From Opitutales bacterium (lineage in GTDB: Bacteria > Verrucomicrobiota > Verrucomicrobiia > Opitutales > PNEW01): 64,000 bases of DNA. Location of the stretch: the NCBI GenBank assembly GCA_965197745.1, contig CBDANS010000007.1:544001-608000 (forward strand). Reading direction: 5' to 3'. How positions within the stretch are numbered: position 1 is the stretch's first letter; each line of letters opens with the position of its first letter. This document shows, in pieces, positions 49,932 to 60,268 of the stretch. The translations under genes were made by a program, and so were the position numbers. Under the pieces are notes generated by a model, which saw only the letters and a list, made by a program, of their open reading frames with translations, made no database searches and was not told the DNA's origin.

Positions 49932-51212
49932 TCAGATCTTTAGGGCTTCGATTTTACTTCGAATTAATACTTTCTCAGTCTCGGTTTGCGAAAGCGATAA
50001 TGCTTCTTCCAAGTAAGAATGGGCCTGTTTGATATCAGCCACTTGAGAGTAAAATTCTCCTAAAGTTGCCGGTAGCAAAAAATAGTTTTTAAGCGTTCCC
50101 TCTCTTTCTATTTCCTTTAATGATTTAATAGCTTCATGCGGTCCTTGAATATGACCTAGAGCGATGGCACGATTTAATTGAATGACTGGTGTCTGGTAGT
50201 GTCTGAGAAGTGTGTCGTATAATCTTAAAATGCTTTTCCAATCGGTTTCTTCAAAACTGGGTGCAGCGCAATGATACCCGGCGATACTTGCTTCAAGATA
50301 ATATCTTGAAAAAGTTTTACTTTGTGTCGCCGATTTAAAGTGGGCAAAACCTTTAGCTAGAAGCCGTTTATCCCACAGTGAACGATTTTGATCTTTCAAT
50401 AGATTTATGGTGCCTCGATCGGTAAGTCGTGCGGGTAACCTACATGATTGAAAATAAAAGAGAGCGAGAAGAGCATGGAGCGTGGGTTCCTGATCGCCGG
50501 TGTGACCGATCAATATTTCTCCCAGGCGAATTGATTCAGCACAAAATTCTACGCGTATATATTTATTTGCATCAGAGCTCTTATATCCTTCATTAAACAA
50601 TAGATAAATAACGCTGAATAGTGCGTGAAGGCGTTTATAAAGTTCTTCTCCACGGGGTGCTTCAAACGGAATGATACCTGTTCTAAATTTGTCCTTGGCA
50701 CGGTATAACCGCTTATTAATTGTTGATTTCGCGTTTTAAAAGGCAGCAGCAATTTCGTTTACGCTTAATCCACATAGAACATTTAAAGTAAGTGCTAATT
50801 GAGCTTCAATCGATAAAGAAGGATGGCAGCAGGTAAACATCATGCGAAGCAAATCGTCTTCAACCTCGTGCTCTGCAAATGCTCGCTCTACGGTGGTATT
50901 CAGGCTCCATTCCGAACTTAAAAAACGTTGAAGTTCAGGTGAAAACCTCTGCGAGTATTTTTCTTTACGAATATAATCAATAGCCTTCCGTTTAGCCACT
51001 TGCATTAACCAGGCTTCGGGGTTGTCAGGTATTGTATGGTAGGGCCAAACCTGAAGCGCTTTTAGTAGAGTTTCCTGTACAATATCTTCAGCAACATCTA
51101 AGTTATGTGTTCCTAAAATATGGACTAAAACGGAAACCATCTTTCCAGACTGATGCCTGAAAAGATGGTTCACTAATTCGTAAGTCAATTGTTGGGATGA
51201 AACTTCAGTCAA
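49932..51212 (-). pseudogene. ECF sigma factor with a C-terminal DUF6596/TPR extension (ECF42-like), interrupted by an in-frame TAA
   Basis: AEDIVQE, WL..VAKRKAID, LRMMFTCCHPSL, then AAF*NAKSTINKRLYRAK...YLLFNEGY in one frame. The stop is at 50736-50738. Confidence 0.85.
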
Positions 51213-51216
51213 AACA

Positions 51217-51561
51217 TTACATGTTCATTTCCTGGACAGGTCGAATTTCGACCGCCCCGTCATTATCGAAAATAGGGCATCCCTTGGCAAGTTCTGCAGC
51301 TTCATCGAAGCTATTTGCCTTGATTAAGAGATAACCGCCCACCAGTTCTTTTGCTTCAGAATAGGGACCATCGGTAACTACCTTATCGGCACGGATTGAT
51401 TTTGCGTCATTTTCGAGAGGTTCACCTGAGAGAAAGTGTCCTTTTTCTTTCAGTTCTTGCATCCAGGTTCCCCATTTTTGCATATGTTGCTGAATCTCTT
51501 CTGGCGACAGTTGCTCCCATTTCTCGTCTCCTCCATAAATCAGATACATGTAGTCCTTCAT
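51217..51561 (-). CDS. YciI/DGPF-family protein
   Basis: VTDGPYSEAKELVGGY and GAVEIRP. This is the usual partner upstream of ECF42-type sigma factors. Confidence 0.9.
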   Translation of the reverse strand: MKDYMYLIYGGDEKWEQLSPEEIQQHMQKWGTWMQELKEKGHFLSGEPLENDAKSIRADKVVTDGPYSEAKELVGGYLLIKANSFDEAAELAKGCPIFDNDGAVEIRPVQEMNM

Positions 51562-51945
51562 TGTTGTTCTCCTTTAAGAATTTTATTCAGTAATGATTTA
51601 GATACTTAGATAATGTATTTATTGATAAATCGAAATATCTGAACCTTATATGTGATTGTTCATATATATGACGCATAGGAAGCTGTAAATAGGACACGTC
51701 ATTACTAATTTTATAATATGCTAAGTGATAGACATCGATTGACTCCCGTGTAATGTGTCCCGTTTCGTTTATTTGTCAGGATATATGCGTAAAATTAGTT
51801 ACGCACCTATTTTAAATTCGAGATAAATATAATTGAGGTTAATTCACAATATCTGGATTGGTAGATGTCGGACTAAAGCCCTCGATTGCTGTAGCGCGCT
51901 GATCTTCGCATTGACCAACAATCAATTTAACTTCAGGTCCGATTA

Positions 51946-52776
51946 TTATTCAATTCCGTAGAATTTTGCCGCGTTGAGACCAAGAATGGCCTCTTGTATC
52001 TCGATTGGGTATTGCTGGATATAATCCTGCACAATAAATAATACTTCATCGTAAGTGGCAGAGAGCGTAGAAACTGGCCAGTCAGATCCAAACATCAGTC
52101 GGTCCGGTCTGAAACATTCAAAAATGATATCCAGATAGGGCTTAAAATCTGCTGTTCTCCATTGTTTCCAGGAAGCTTCCGTCACCATTCCCGAAACTTT
52201 GCAATAAACGTTTTCAATTTTTGCAAGTTCCCTGATCGCTTTGTCCCATGGTGACATCGTTCCATCTTTAATCAGTGGTTTTGAAATATGATCCAGGACA
52301 AATTTCTGGTTTGGAAGTTGCTTAACAACCTCGATAGCCATGGGTAGATGTTTAGGGTAGAGAAGAAGATCGTAAGTTAATTCGTAAGAACCGAGCGCAC
52401 TGAGCCCTCTTAAAAAATCAGGATCTAAGATAAAACGGTCGTCAGGTTCATCATGAATCACATGGCGGATCCCTTTTAATTTCGAGTGTTGGGAAAAGGA
52501 TTCAAGATGTTCCTCAACCCGAGGTGACTTTAAATCAAACCAACCGACTACGCCTTTGATAAAATCAAAGGTATCGGAAAGCTCCAGTAACCATTCTGTC
52601 TCCGTCAGATTTTGACGTGCCTGGACCGCGATCGTTCCCTCAATCCCGGTTCGATCCATGAGGATTTTCAATTCGTGGGGGAGATAATCCCTTTTAAGAT
52701 CAGACATGGAGTCGTTCATCCACCCATACTCTTTTGGATTGTATAGCCAAAAATGTTGATGAGAATCGAGATGCAT
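51946..52776 (-). CDS. Amidohydrolase family protein (L-fuconolactonase-like)
   Basis: DSHQHFW, VLDHISKP, CKVSG and RLMFGSDWPV. Confidence 0.88.
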   Translation of the reverse strand: MHLDSHQHFWLYNPKEYGWMNDSMSDLKRDYLPHELKILMDRTGIEGTIAVQARQNLTETEWLLELSDTFDFIKGVVGWFDLKSPRVEEHLESFSQHSKLKGIRHVIHDEPDDRFILDPDFLRGLSALGSYELTYDLLLYPKHLPMAIEVVKQLPNQKFVLDHISKPLIKDGTMSPWDKAIRELAKIENVYCKVSGMVTEASWKQWRTADFKPYLDIIFECFRPDRLMFGSDWPVSTLSATYDEVLFIVQDYIQQYPIEIQEAILGLNAAKFYGIE

Positions 52777-52905
52777 TAAGGTCCTGTCTAATTTATTGTT
52801 GGATATTTTCAAGCTTCAACCCTCGTCCCGAAATTATCGTTGAACGCAGGACCAAGGAGCAAGTCACTCCGCACCCGATTCTCGATACGACACTGCGGGA
52901 GGGGG

Positions 52906-52990
52906 TGGTGCCCGGGAAAGGACTCGAACCTTCACGCCTTGCGGCACTAGAACCTAAATCTAGCGTGTCTGCCAATTCCACCACCCGGGC
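52906..52990 (-). tRNA. tRNA-Leu (anticodon TAG)
   Basis: GCCCGGGTGGTGGAATTGGCAGACACGCTAGATTTAGGTTCTAGTGCCGCAAGGCGTGAAGGTTCGAGTCCTTTCCCGGGCACCA. It has an anticodon arm CTAGA-TTTAGGT-TCTAG, a long variable arm and an encoded CCA. Confidence 0.97.
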
Positions 52991-53509
52991 ACACCATGAA
53001 AATAACACTCAAAGAACTATAAGAAAAATACCACAGGATTGAATGAAAGATGAGCTAAAGAGAAAGAATTCTCTCTTTAGAGAATAATAACCGGTGAAAT
53101 TCAGCTTAAGTAAAGCCAGAAAGTTATGTATGGATTTAATCCTGTGAGTGGTCCTATAAAAGGGTATAGCATAAAGCGAAGGCAATTTTCAGCAAACCGA
53201 TCCTATGCCATCGCCACCCTTTTTGAAAGGTGAAAACAACAGGCAACTATCTAATGCCGACTGTCTCTTGAATACGGGAGATAATAATTAGATAATGTGA
53301 ATCTAATATTTCAAAAAACATCTGAAATATACAATAAGTGAAAACTCAAGCTGCGATAAGATGACAGACGTGGAGAAATTGTATTATTGACATTATCGGG
53401 AAATCTTTAATTAATTTAGCTCCTCGGTTATATTTAACACCATTTGGTTAAGACTAATTATATAGTTTCTTTACTGAGTAATATTAACAACACCGTAGAC
53501 GTTTTATTC

Positions 53510-54478
53510 ATGTCAGCACAAATTTATAATAATATAATAGATACCATTGGGAAGACTCCGCTTATCAAACTCAATCAAATTGCGGAAGGATTACCTGCGG
53601 ATCTTTATCTCAAGTGTGAATTCAACAACCCCCTTTTCAGTGTAAAAGACCGTATTGGCATGTCGATGATCGACGCGGCGGAAAAAGACGGTAAACTCAA
53701 GCAGGGCAATGTCGTTGTCGAACCCACTTCCGGTAATACCGGAATCGCCTTAGCCTTTGTCTGTGCTGCGAGAGGTTACAAATGTCTCCTCACGATGCCG
53801 GAAACGATGTCCATGGAACGACGCATTTTATTGCGCATGCTCGGCGCGGAGATCGTTCTTACACCCGGACCCAAAGGGATGCCTGGCGCAATTGCCAAGG
53901 CCCAGGAAATATTTGAAGAAAATAGCAGTGGTGCCTTTATGCCTCAGCAATTTGAAAACCCGGCTAATCCGGACATTCATCGCCGCACTACAGCCGAAGA
54001 AATTTGGGAGGATACGGAAGGTAAAATCGATGTCCTCATTTCCGGAGTGGGTACCGGAGGCACGATCAGTGGTGTTTCCGAAGTCATTAAGTCGCGCAAG
54101 AAATTGACATCGATTGCGATTGAACCGAAAGCCAGTCCGGTAATTTCGGGAGGAAAACCCGGACCTCACAAGATTCAGGGAATCGGTGCAGGATTTATTC
54201 CGATGAACCTCAACCTCGATATCGTCGATGATATTGTCCAGGTTGACAATGATGATGCCTTCGCGACTGCGCAAAATTTAGCGGTTACCGATGGTATACC
54301 CGGAGGGATATCCACCGGCGCTGCAGTTTGGGCGGGAATGGAAGTGGCGAAACGCCCGGAAATGGAGGGGAAAATGATTGTAATAATTGGACCGAGCCCA
54401 ACAGAGCGTTATATTAGTACACCACTCGCGGAAAAGGCTCGTGCTGAAGCTTCCAAAATGGCAGCAGTAGGAGAATAA
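53510..54478 (+). CDS. cysK: Cysteine synthase A
   Basis: IGKTPL, SVKDRI, EPTSGNTG, GVGTGGT and PHKIQGIG. The start is taken at ATG 53510. Confidence 0.95.
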   Translation: MSAQIYNNIIDTIGKTPLIKLNQIAEGLPADLYLKCEFNNPLFSVKDRIGMSMIDAAEKDGKLKQGNVVVEPTSGNTGIALAFVCAARGYKCLLTMPETMSMERRILLRMLGAEIVLTPGPKGMPGAIAKAQEIFEENSSGAFMPQQFENPANPDIHRRTTAEEIWEDTEGKIDVLISGVGTGGTISGVSEVIKSRKKLTSIAIEPKASPVISGGKPGPHKIQGIGAGFIPMNLNLDIVDDIVQVDNDDAFATAQNLAVTDGIPGGISTGAAVWAGMEVAKRPEMEGKMIVIIGPSPTERYISTPLAEKARAEASKMAAVGE

Positions 54479-54550
54479 GACACAACAATTTAGGGCAAAA
54501 ATTATTCAGCGTGGTTTTTGCCCATAAAAACAGGTAGTAGTAGTAATAAA

Positions 54551-54583
54551 GAGCCGCCAACTTCGGTTGGCGGCTTCTTTTTT
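54551..54583 (+). terminator. Intrinsic terminator
   Basis: AGCCGCCAAC-TTCG-GTTGGCGGCT followed by a T tract. Confidence 0.88.
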
Positions 54584-54655
54584 GTATTGGTGGATTTCAA
54601 ATTAAGCGTATATTTCTGGTCTGATTAGTTACATTTCAAGTAGCTTACATCTGTC

Positions 54656-55549
54656 ATGGATATTCTGGTAACGGGTGCCACTGGATTGATCGGAAACGCG
54701 CTGATTCCCTATTTGCGGGCTTCAGGTCATAATGTTTATGCTTTGACGCGAAATCCAATCGGGAAGCAGGACCTGGGATGGGACCCGGATTCCGGTCAAT
54801 TGGATTTATCTCACTTTCAGAGTTTGGATGCTGTCGTGCATCTGGCTGGTGAAAATATTGCAGGTGGGCTTTGGACGAAGGCGCGTAAAGAAAGGATTTA
54901 TAAAAGCCGAGAAGCGGGAACACGACTGTTAATTAATAATTTAACTGCACTTGAAAAACTACCCAGCGTTCTCATCAGCGCATCAGGTATTCATTATTAT
55001 CCTCATACGGGAGGAGCGGATTACGATGAATCGGGTCCCTGTGGTAAAGGGTTTCTAAACGAAGTATGTCAAGTTTGGGAGGCTGCGACTGCGCCCGCGA
55101 ATGAGAAAGGGGTACGGGTAGTCAATTTACGATTAAGCGTAGTCTTAAGTCCGTCGGGTGGCGCACTGGCTAAAATGCTTCCGGCCTTTAAACTAGGACT
55201 GGGTGGACGCGTTGGCGATGGGAGGCAGCATATGAGTTGGATCGCCATTGATGATGTTGTAGATATAATATATCAATGCTTAAACGATGAGCGATTACAA
55301 GGGCCGGTAAATGCTTGTTCGCCCGAGGTGGTATCGAATAGAGAATTCACGCATATCCTGGGTGAGGTATTGCGGCACCCAACATTAGTTCCACTCCCTG
55401 AAAGAGTTGTAAGAATACTCCTTGGGCAGCTGGGTGAAGAGACCTTGCTTGCTGACTTTCGAGTTTACCCCCGTAAACTACTGGAGGCTGGCTATACATT
55501 TCGTTTCTCTTCACTTAAGAAAGCTCTCTCGCATCTGCTTGAACGATAA
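54656..55549 (+). CDS. TIGR01777-family (YfcH-like) NAD-dependent epimerase
   Basis: ILVTGATGLIG, VVHLAGENI, GDGRQHMSWIAIDD and GPVN. Confidence 0.9.
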   Translation: MDILVTGATGLIGNALIPYLRASGHNVYALTRNPIGKQDLGWDPDSGQLDLSHFQSLDAVVHLAGENIAGGLWTKARKERIYKSREAGTRLLINNLTALEKLPSVLISASGIHYYPHTGGADYDESGPCGKGFLNEVCQVWEAATAPANEKGVRVVNLRLSVVLSPSGGALAKMLPAFKLGLGGRVGDGRQHMSWIAIDDVVDIIYQCLNDERLQGPVNACSPEVVSNREFTHILGEVLRHPTLVPLPERVVRILLGQLGEETLLADFRVYPRKLLEAGYTFRFSSLKKALSHLLER

Positions 55550-55626
55550 TTCAGGTATATCTAAAAGCTTGCGAAGGCATTACTGGGTTGTTTATTGCTC
55601 AATGCGTTTTTGCCTTATACCTAAGA

Positions 55627-56082
55627 ATGAGAGTAGTTGTTCAGCGTGTATCTCAAGCTTCTGTCACAATTAACGGAAAGGTAAAATCTACGATCGGTAC
55701 CGGATTATTGATATTCGTCGGCATCATGAATGATGATGGACTAGAGGATATTGACTGGTTGAGCAGGAAGATTCCACAAATTCGCATTTTCCCCGATAAT
55801 GATGGATTAATGAATCAGTCGGTGGTCGACATAAATGGAGAGATCCTCTTAATAAGCCAGTTCACACTTTATGGTAATTTAAATAAAGGCTCGCGCCCCT
55901 CGTTTAATCGATCCGCTCCACCTGATATAGCGGTGCCGCTTTATGAAGCGTTTATCCAAGCGCTCTCTGACACTTGCGGGAAATCTGTCGCGACCGGTGA
56001 ATTCGGAGCCATGATGAAAATTGACGCCCTGCATGATGGTCCGGTTACGTTGATCATCGATAGTAAAGAGAAAAAGTTTTAG
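55627..56082 (+). CDS. dtd: D-aminoacyl-tRNA deacylase
   Basis: MRVVVQRV, SQFTL, RPSF, GEFGAMM and DGPVT. Confidence 0.95.
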   Translation: MRVVVQRVSQASVTINGKVKSTIGTGLLIFVGIMNDDGLEDIDWLSRKIPQIRIFPDNDGLMNQSVVDINGEILLISQFTLYGNLNKGSRPSFNRSAPPDIAVPLYEAFIQALSDTCGKSVATGEFGAMMKIDALHDGPVTLIIDSKEKKF

Positions 56083-56097
56083 TAAAACCGATCCACC

Positions 56098-56637
56098 ATG
56101 TTAAAGAGAGACAGTCCCATCTTGAACCCTCGGTTTTTTAATCGTCCCACCCTTGAAGTAGCGCGTGATCTACCCGGTAAATACCTCTGCCGCCGAATTA
56201 AAGGGGATATATTATCCCAGCTATTAGTAGAAGTAGAAGCCTATGATGGTTTTGATGATAAAGCATCACATGCTCATCGCGGAACCACCCCGCGTAATGC
56301 CGTAATGTTTGGTCCTGCTGGATACTGGTACGTCTATCTTTGTTACGGTATGCATTGGATGCTGAATATTGTCACGGGGCCGCGTGAATATCCCGCGGCC
56401 ATCTTAGTCCGGGGCGCGGGTGAATACTCGGGTCCGGGGCGCTTAACCAAAGCGTTGCAGATAAATAAAAATTTCAATGGGAAGAAAATCACCCGCGCCA
56501 ATGGTCTCTAGCTGGAGGATCGAGGAGTGGTTGTTCCTTCCCATGAGGTAAAGCGATTGCCACGTGTTGGGATCAACTACGCGGGGCCGCTCTGGACGAA
56601 AAAACCTTATCGATACGTTTGGAATGCCAGCGCATAA
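56098..56637 (+). pseudogene. mpg: 3-methyladenine DNA glycosylase interrupted by an in-frame TAG
   Basis: EVEAYDG..DKASH, YVYLCYGMH and GPGRLT. After the TAG at 56509-56511 the same frame continues LEDRG...PRVGINYAGPLWTKKPYRY to TAA at 56637. Confidence 0.85.
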
Positions 56638-56684
56638 AGAAATAAATTTATTGTTATAACCCTTAATAAAGGTATAATGCGCTT

Positions 56685-57623
56685 ATGATTTCACACCCAT
56701 TTCACCAACTTTATAGTGGTGGACATCAATTAGACACATCGCCGGAATGTTTTGGGGAGTTTTGCTCTTCAATTGATATTTTAGATGATACGCATGCGCT
56801 TCACGCCCGAATAAAACGAGATGGTTACCTTTACTTGCCGGGTTTCTGGCCGCGTGAAGAGGTATTAAAACGGCGTATTATGATTACGGATCAAATGGCG
56901 AAAAAAGGGTATTTGAATTTGGATTACCCGGTAATAGATGCGGTAGCGAAAGAGAATGTAGAGATTAATTCTTTCAGTTCCCATTTTAAGAATAAAGATA
57001 GACGGGATAGCATGTTCCTTGAAATGAGTCGCTTGCTTTTTTCAGGTAAAATTATAACTTTCCTTGAAACCTATCTTGGAGGAGCGGTTCAACCTTATGA
57101 GTACACCTGGTTTCGTGTACGTAAACCAGGCATGGGGACTAAACCACACAGTGATATCGTCTTTTTTAACCGGGGGACACACAATATCTACAGTGCTTGG
57201 GTGCCCTACGGTGATATCGATCAGGAGTTGGGTGGCTTGATGATTCTCGAGGATTCTCATAAGAAGCGACACCGCTTAAAAAATTACCTGAAACGCGATT
57301 CGGATACTTATTGTAAGAACCGAAAGGGCGCCGAGCAATATGCGTCACAGAAGACTAAAGTTTGGAGTGGAACGCTTTCAAGCAACCCGGTGACTTTAAG
57401 AGAAAAGTTGGGGGGTAGATGGCTGAGAGCAAATTATGGTATGGGTGATCTGTTGCTCTTCCCGCCCTATACGGTGCATTGCAGTCTTGATAATAATTCA
57501 GATCGCTTTCGTATCTCCACGGATACACGCTACCAATTGGCTTCTGACCCATATGACAAGCGCTGGGTAGGACCCAACCCGGTGGGCCATGGAGCGGGTG
57601 GCAAGCGGGGAGTGATATGCTGA
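56685..57623 (+). CDS. Phytanoyl-CoA dioxygenase (PhyH)-family protein
   Basis: RDGYLYL, PHSD, GGLMILEDSH, GDLLLF...VH and RISTDTRYQ. Confidence 0.88.
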   Translation: MISHPFHQLYSGGHQLDTSPECFGEFCSSIDILDDTHALHARIKRDGYLYLPGFWPREEVLKRRIMITDQMAKKGYLNLDYPVIDAVAKENVEINSFSSHFKNKDRRDSMFLEMSRLLFSGKIITFLETYLGGAVQPYEYTWFRVRKPGMGTKPHSDIVFFNRGTHNIYSAWVPYGDIDQELGGLMILEDSHKKRHRLKNYLKRDSDTYCKNRKGAEQYASQKTKVWSGTLSSNPVTLREKLGGRWLRANYGMGDLLLFPPYTVHCSLDNNSDRFRISTDTRYQLASDPYDKRWVGPNPVGHGAGGKRGVIC

Positions 57624-57653
57624 TATTCAGTTGAGGCTATACAGTCGGTATAC

Positions 57654-58934
57654 TTGAGTTCAATTAAGTTGAACAAATATTTTATATTAATATCGCTTAC
57701 CTTTTTTTGTCGACTGGCACTCGACGCTTACGGGGAGCGATTGACATCACTGGGGCAAACTCCGGACTGGTCTCAATTGGAGAAGTATCAGGAAACGATT
57801 ACAAGGGTAAGATTCAAACGACTGCTCGACGAAATATATGCTCCCGACAATGCCTATGCCGATACCATTACCCTCAATAAGAATCATGCACGAATAAATA
57901 CCCGTAATGGTGATCCCAATTCTATTTTTCTCCTTGGCTTTGCCAGCGATGAAAGTTCTGCACGCGTGCGTCCGGTTAACTACTGGCGGCGGCGGACCTC
58001 ATTACCAAAAGCCCCAGAGGAAAAACCACTGGGATATTTAAAGATCATCCTGGATCCAGGGCATATCGGCGGCGATTTTGCCATTATGGAGAATCGCTCC
58101 TTTAAAATTGGCGAGAGTAAACCTCTACGTGAAGGCGATCTTACTTTAACCGTCGCGCAACGATTAAAAATCAGGTTGGAAGAATTGGGAGCAAAAGTTT
58201 GGTTAAGCCGAGAGACAACCGAACCCACGACGGAAGAGACGCCCGAGAGTTTAAGGTATATAGCCGAGCGACTTCTCTTAAAAAATAGTGATAATCCTTC
58301 TTTGCTTTTAACGCTCAATAAGGCAGACGCAAAAGAAGTAGAGCGGTTAAGCGAGTTGCTTTTTTATCGCGTGAGTGAAATCCGTACTCGTGCGATTAAA
58401 ATAAACCAGCATTTTCAACCGGATGTAGTCATTGCCATACACTTCAATGCTGAATCATGGCCAGATAATCAAAGAAAAACGCTGGTGAACAGCAATCACC
58501 TGCATGTTCTAATCAACGGCGCATACAGTAGGGAAGAATTAACCTATGATGATATTCGGTTTCAAATGTTGCGTAAACTTCTCAGTGGAACAACACAGGA
58601 AGAGATTGCGCTAGCCCGAGCAATCATTTCAGAAATGGCTGAGAATACAAAACTTCCTCCCTATAGTTATCCAGGGAACAACGCTGTAAAAGTGGGCGAC
58701 AATCCCTATATATGGGCGCGCAACCTGATCGCCAATCGTCTTTACCAATGCCCGGTAGTATTTCTGGAGCCCTACGTGATGAATGGTAAGGAAGCTTTCT
58801 CACGTATTCAAGCTGGAGACTATGAAGGGAAACGACTCATCAATGGATCTCTCCGAAAAAGTATATTTCGGGAATACGTTGATAGTGTAGTCACAGGACT
58901 GATTGATTATTACGGAAATGGTGACGACAATTAA
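57654..58934 (+). CDS. N-acetylmuramoyl-L-alanine amidase (Amidase_3)-like exported protein
   Basis: ILDPGHIGG, EGDLTL.VA, R...IN...PD...IHFNA and VFLEPY. Confidence 0.75.
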   Translation: MSSIKLNKYFILISLTFFCRLALDAYGERLTSLGQTPDWSQLEKYQETITRVRFKRLLDEIYAPDNAYADTITLNKNHARINTRNGDPNSIFLLGFASDESSARVRPVNYWRRRTSLPKAPEEKPLGYLKIILDPGHIGGDFAIMENRSFKIGESKPLREGDLTLTVAQRLKIRLEELGAKVWLSRETTEPTTEETPESLRYIAERLLLKNSDNPSLLLTLNKADAKEVERLSELLFYRVSEIRTRAIKINQHFQPDVVIAIHFNAESWPDNQRKTLVNSNHLHVLINGAYSREELTYDDIRFQMLRKLLSGTTQEEIALARAIISEMAENTKLPPYSYPGNNAVKVGDNPYIWARNLIANRLYQCPVVFLEPYVMNGKEAFSRIQAGDYEGKRLINGSLRKSIFREYVDSVVTGLIDYYGNGDDN

Positions 58935-58981
58935 CGAATAAACTTCCGATCAGCTCTAATATGCTATGGCAGATCGAAGCC

Positions 58982-60040
58982 TTAAATGACGAGGATTATC
59001 AAAAGAGCCGCGAGTATGATTCGATAATAGGCAAAAATGCTCAAACCATGCCGTGTCAGGTACTGAACCATCCATTTTACGGCAATCGCTGCAGACAATG
59101 CTGCCACCAGGCATCCGAATAAAACGGGACCCAAGCCAAATGATTCAAGAAGCACAGGGCCTTTTTTAACTCCGATATAAAATGCCGCCCCGGTAAGAGT
59201 GGGAAGCCCAAGCAAAAAACTGAACTCGGCCGCATGACGCGGGCTTAGACCGACCAGGTAGCCACCGACAATAGCCATCATCGAACGACTTGTTCCCGGC
59301 CACATGGCAATACATTGAAGTATTCCAATGAGCAAGGCTTTCCCAGGAGTTAGTTCATGGAGATCAAGTCCGGCATTATGATTGGACAGACGTTTATGGC
59401 GCCAGTGTTCTACGCCAAGCATGAGCACGGAGCCTGTGAGGAGAGCAGTGATTACCGTCCAGGTATTAAACAGGTGCTGACCAATCCAATTTTCAAGAGC
59501 TAGCCAAAAAAAAACGGCGGGGATCAGGGCAATGAGCAGATTGCGACCCAATAACAATCCTTCACGATTTTTTCCGATTAACCCTAGGATAATAGACCAG
59601 ACCTTTGCCCAGTAGAGAATCAATACCGCGGCAATAGCTCCCGCTTGTATTATCACGGTGTAAGCATCTACAGCAGATTTCAGGGTAAAAGCTTCACCCT
59701 CAGGAAAATTATCAGACGGGGGTTCTTGGAGGTGGGCGGCGCCGGCTTGATTGTTGAGCGGTTGTTCCCGGTTGAGACCTAGCAACTGATTGGTGATTAT
59801 AAGATGACCGGTTGATGAGATAGGTAAAAATTCGGTTATCCCCTCGACCAATCCTAAGATTAAAGCCTCTCGATAGTTCAAAGTATTAGTATCTGATCTA
59901 TTTTCATCTTCTCTAATGATTAATGATGTATTTTCGCTACTATCATCGGTCATACCGGATGACGGTAATTGTGCGCTTACCAGAGGCACCAAAGCCAAAC
60001 TCATGATCAAAACAATTGTTGCCTGGTGTAATAATCTCAC
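58982..60040 (-). CDS. uppP: Undecaprenyl-diphosphate phosphatase
   Basis: LGLVEGITEFLPISSTGHL, IQAGAI, PGTSRS and AAEFSFLL. Confidence 0.93.
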   Translation of the reverse strand: MRLLHQATIVLIMSLALVPLVSAQLPSSGMTDDSSENTSLIIREDENRSDTNTLNYREALILGLVEGITEFLPISSTGHLIITNQLLGLNREQPLNNQAGAAHLQEPPSDNFPEGEAFTLKSAVDAYTVIIQAGAIAAVLILYWAKVWSIILGLIGKNREGLLLGRNLLIALIPAVFFWLALENWIGQHLFNTWTVITALLTGSVLMLGVEHWRHKRLSNHNAGLDLHELTPGKALLIGILQCIAMWPGTSRSMMAIVGGYLVGLSPRHAAEFSFLLGLPTLTGAAFYIGVKKGPVLLESFGLGPVLFGCLVAALSAAIAVKWMVQYLTRHGLSIFAYYRIILAALLIILVI

Positions 60041-60268
60041 AATACCGTTTCTTTTTTAGCTCCGATCATAAAAACATAGTGTCACATTTTCGAGGGAAGT
60101 AACGATTAATTTTAAAGAAAGTAAATTTGATTTTTAATTGGGCGGAAAAAATAATAATTTATCTCAATAGATCATTCCCGCCGAAAGCTGGTACCTACTC
60201 TCGGCCCAAGTCCTTCAATACTACCGCAACCACAGCCCTGAATCATGGATCGTTAAAAATTGGATCTG

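Noticed and set aside
34800..52906. Genomic island integrated at tRNA-Leu
   Set aside because: The genes look accessory, but I saw no integrase and no duplicate of the tRNA 3' end.
52734..53042. ORFs 52734-53042 (+) and 52793-53008 (-)
   Set aside because: They overlap the tRNA-Leu gene and have no protein-like features.
49932..56637. Stop-codon reassignment as an explanation for the interrupted sigma factor and mpg genes
   Set aside because: The two internal stops differ (TAA and TAG), and both codons end many intact genes in this window.
60172..60197. Degenerate TCATTCCCGC..AAGC-type palindromic repeat
   Set aside because: It is a single eroded copy with poor pairing, which is too little support.
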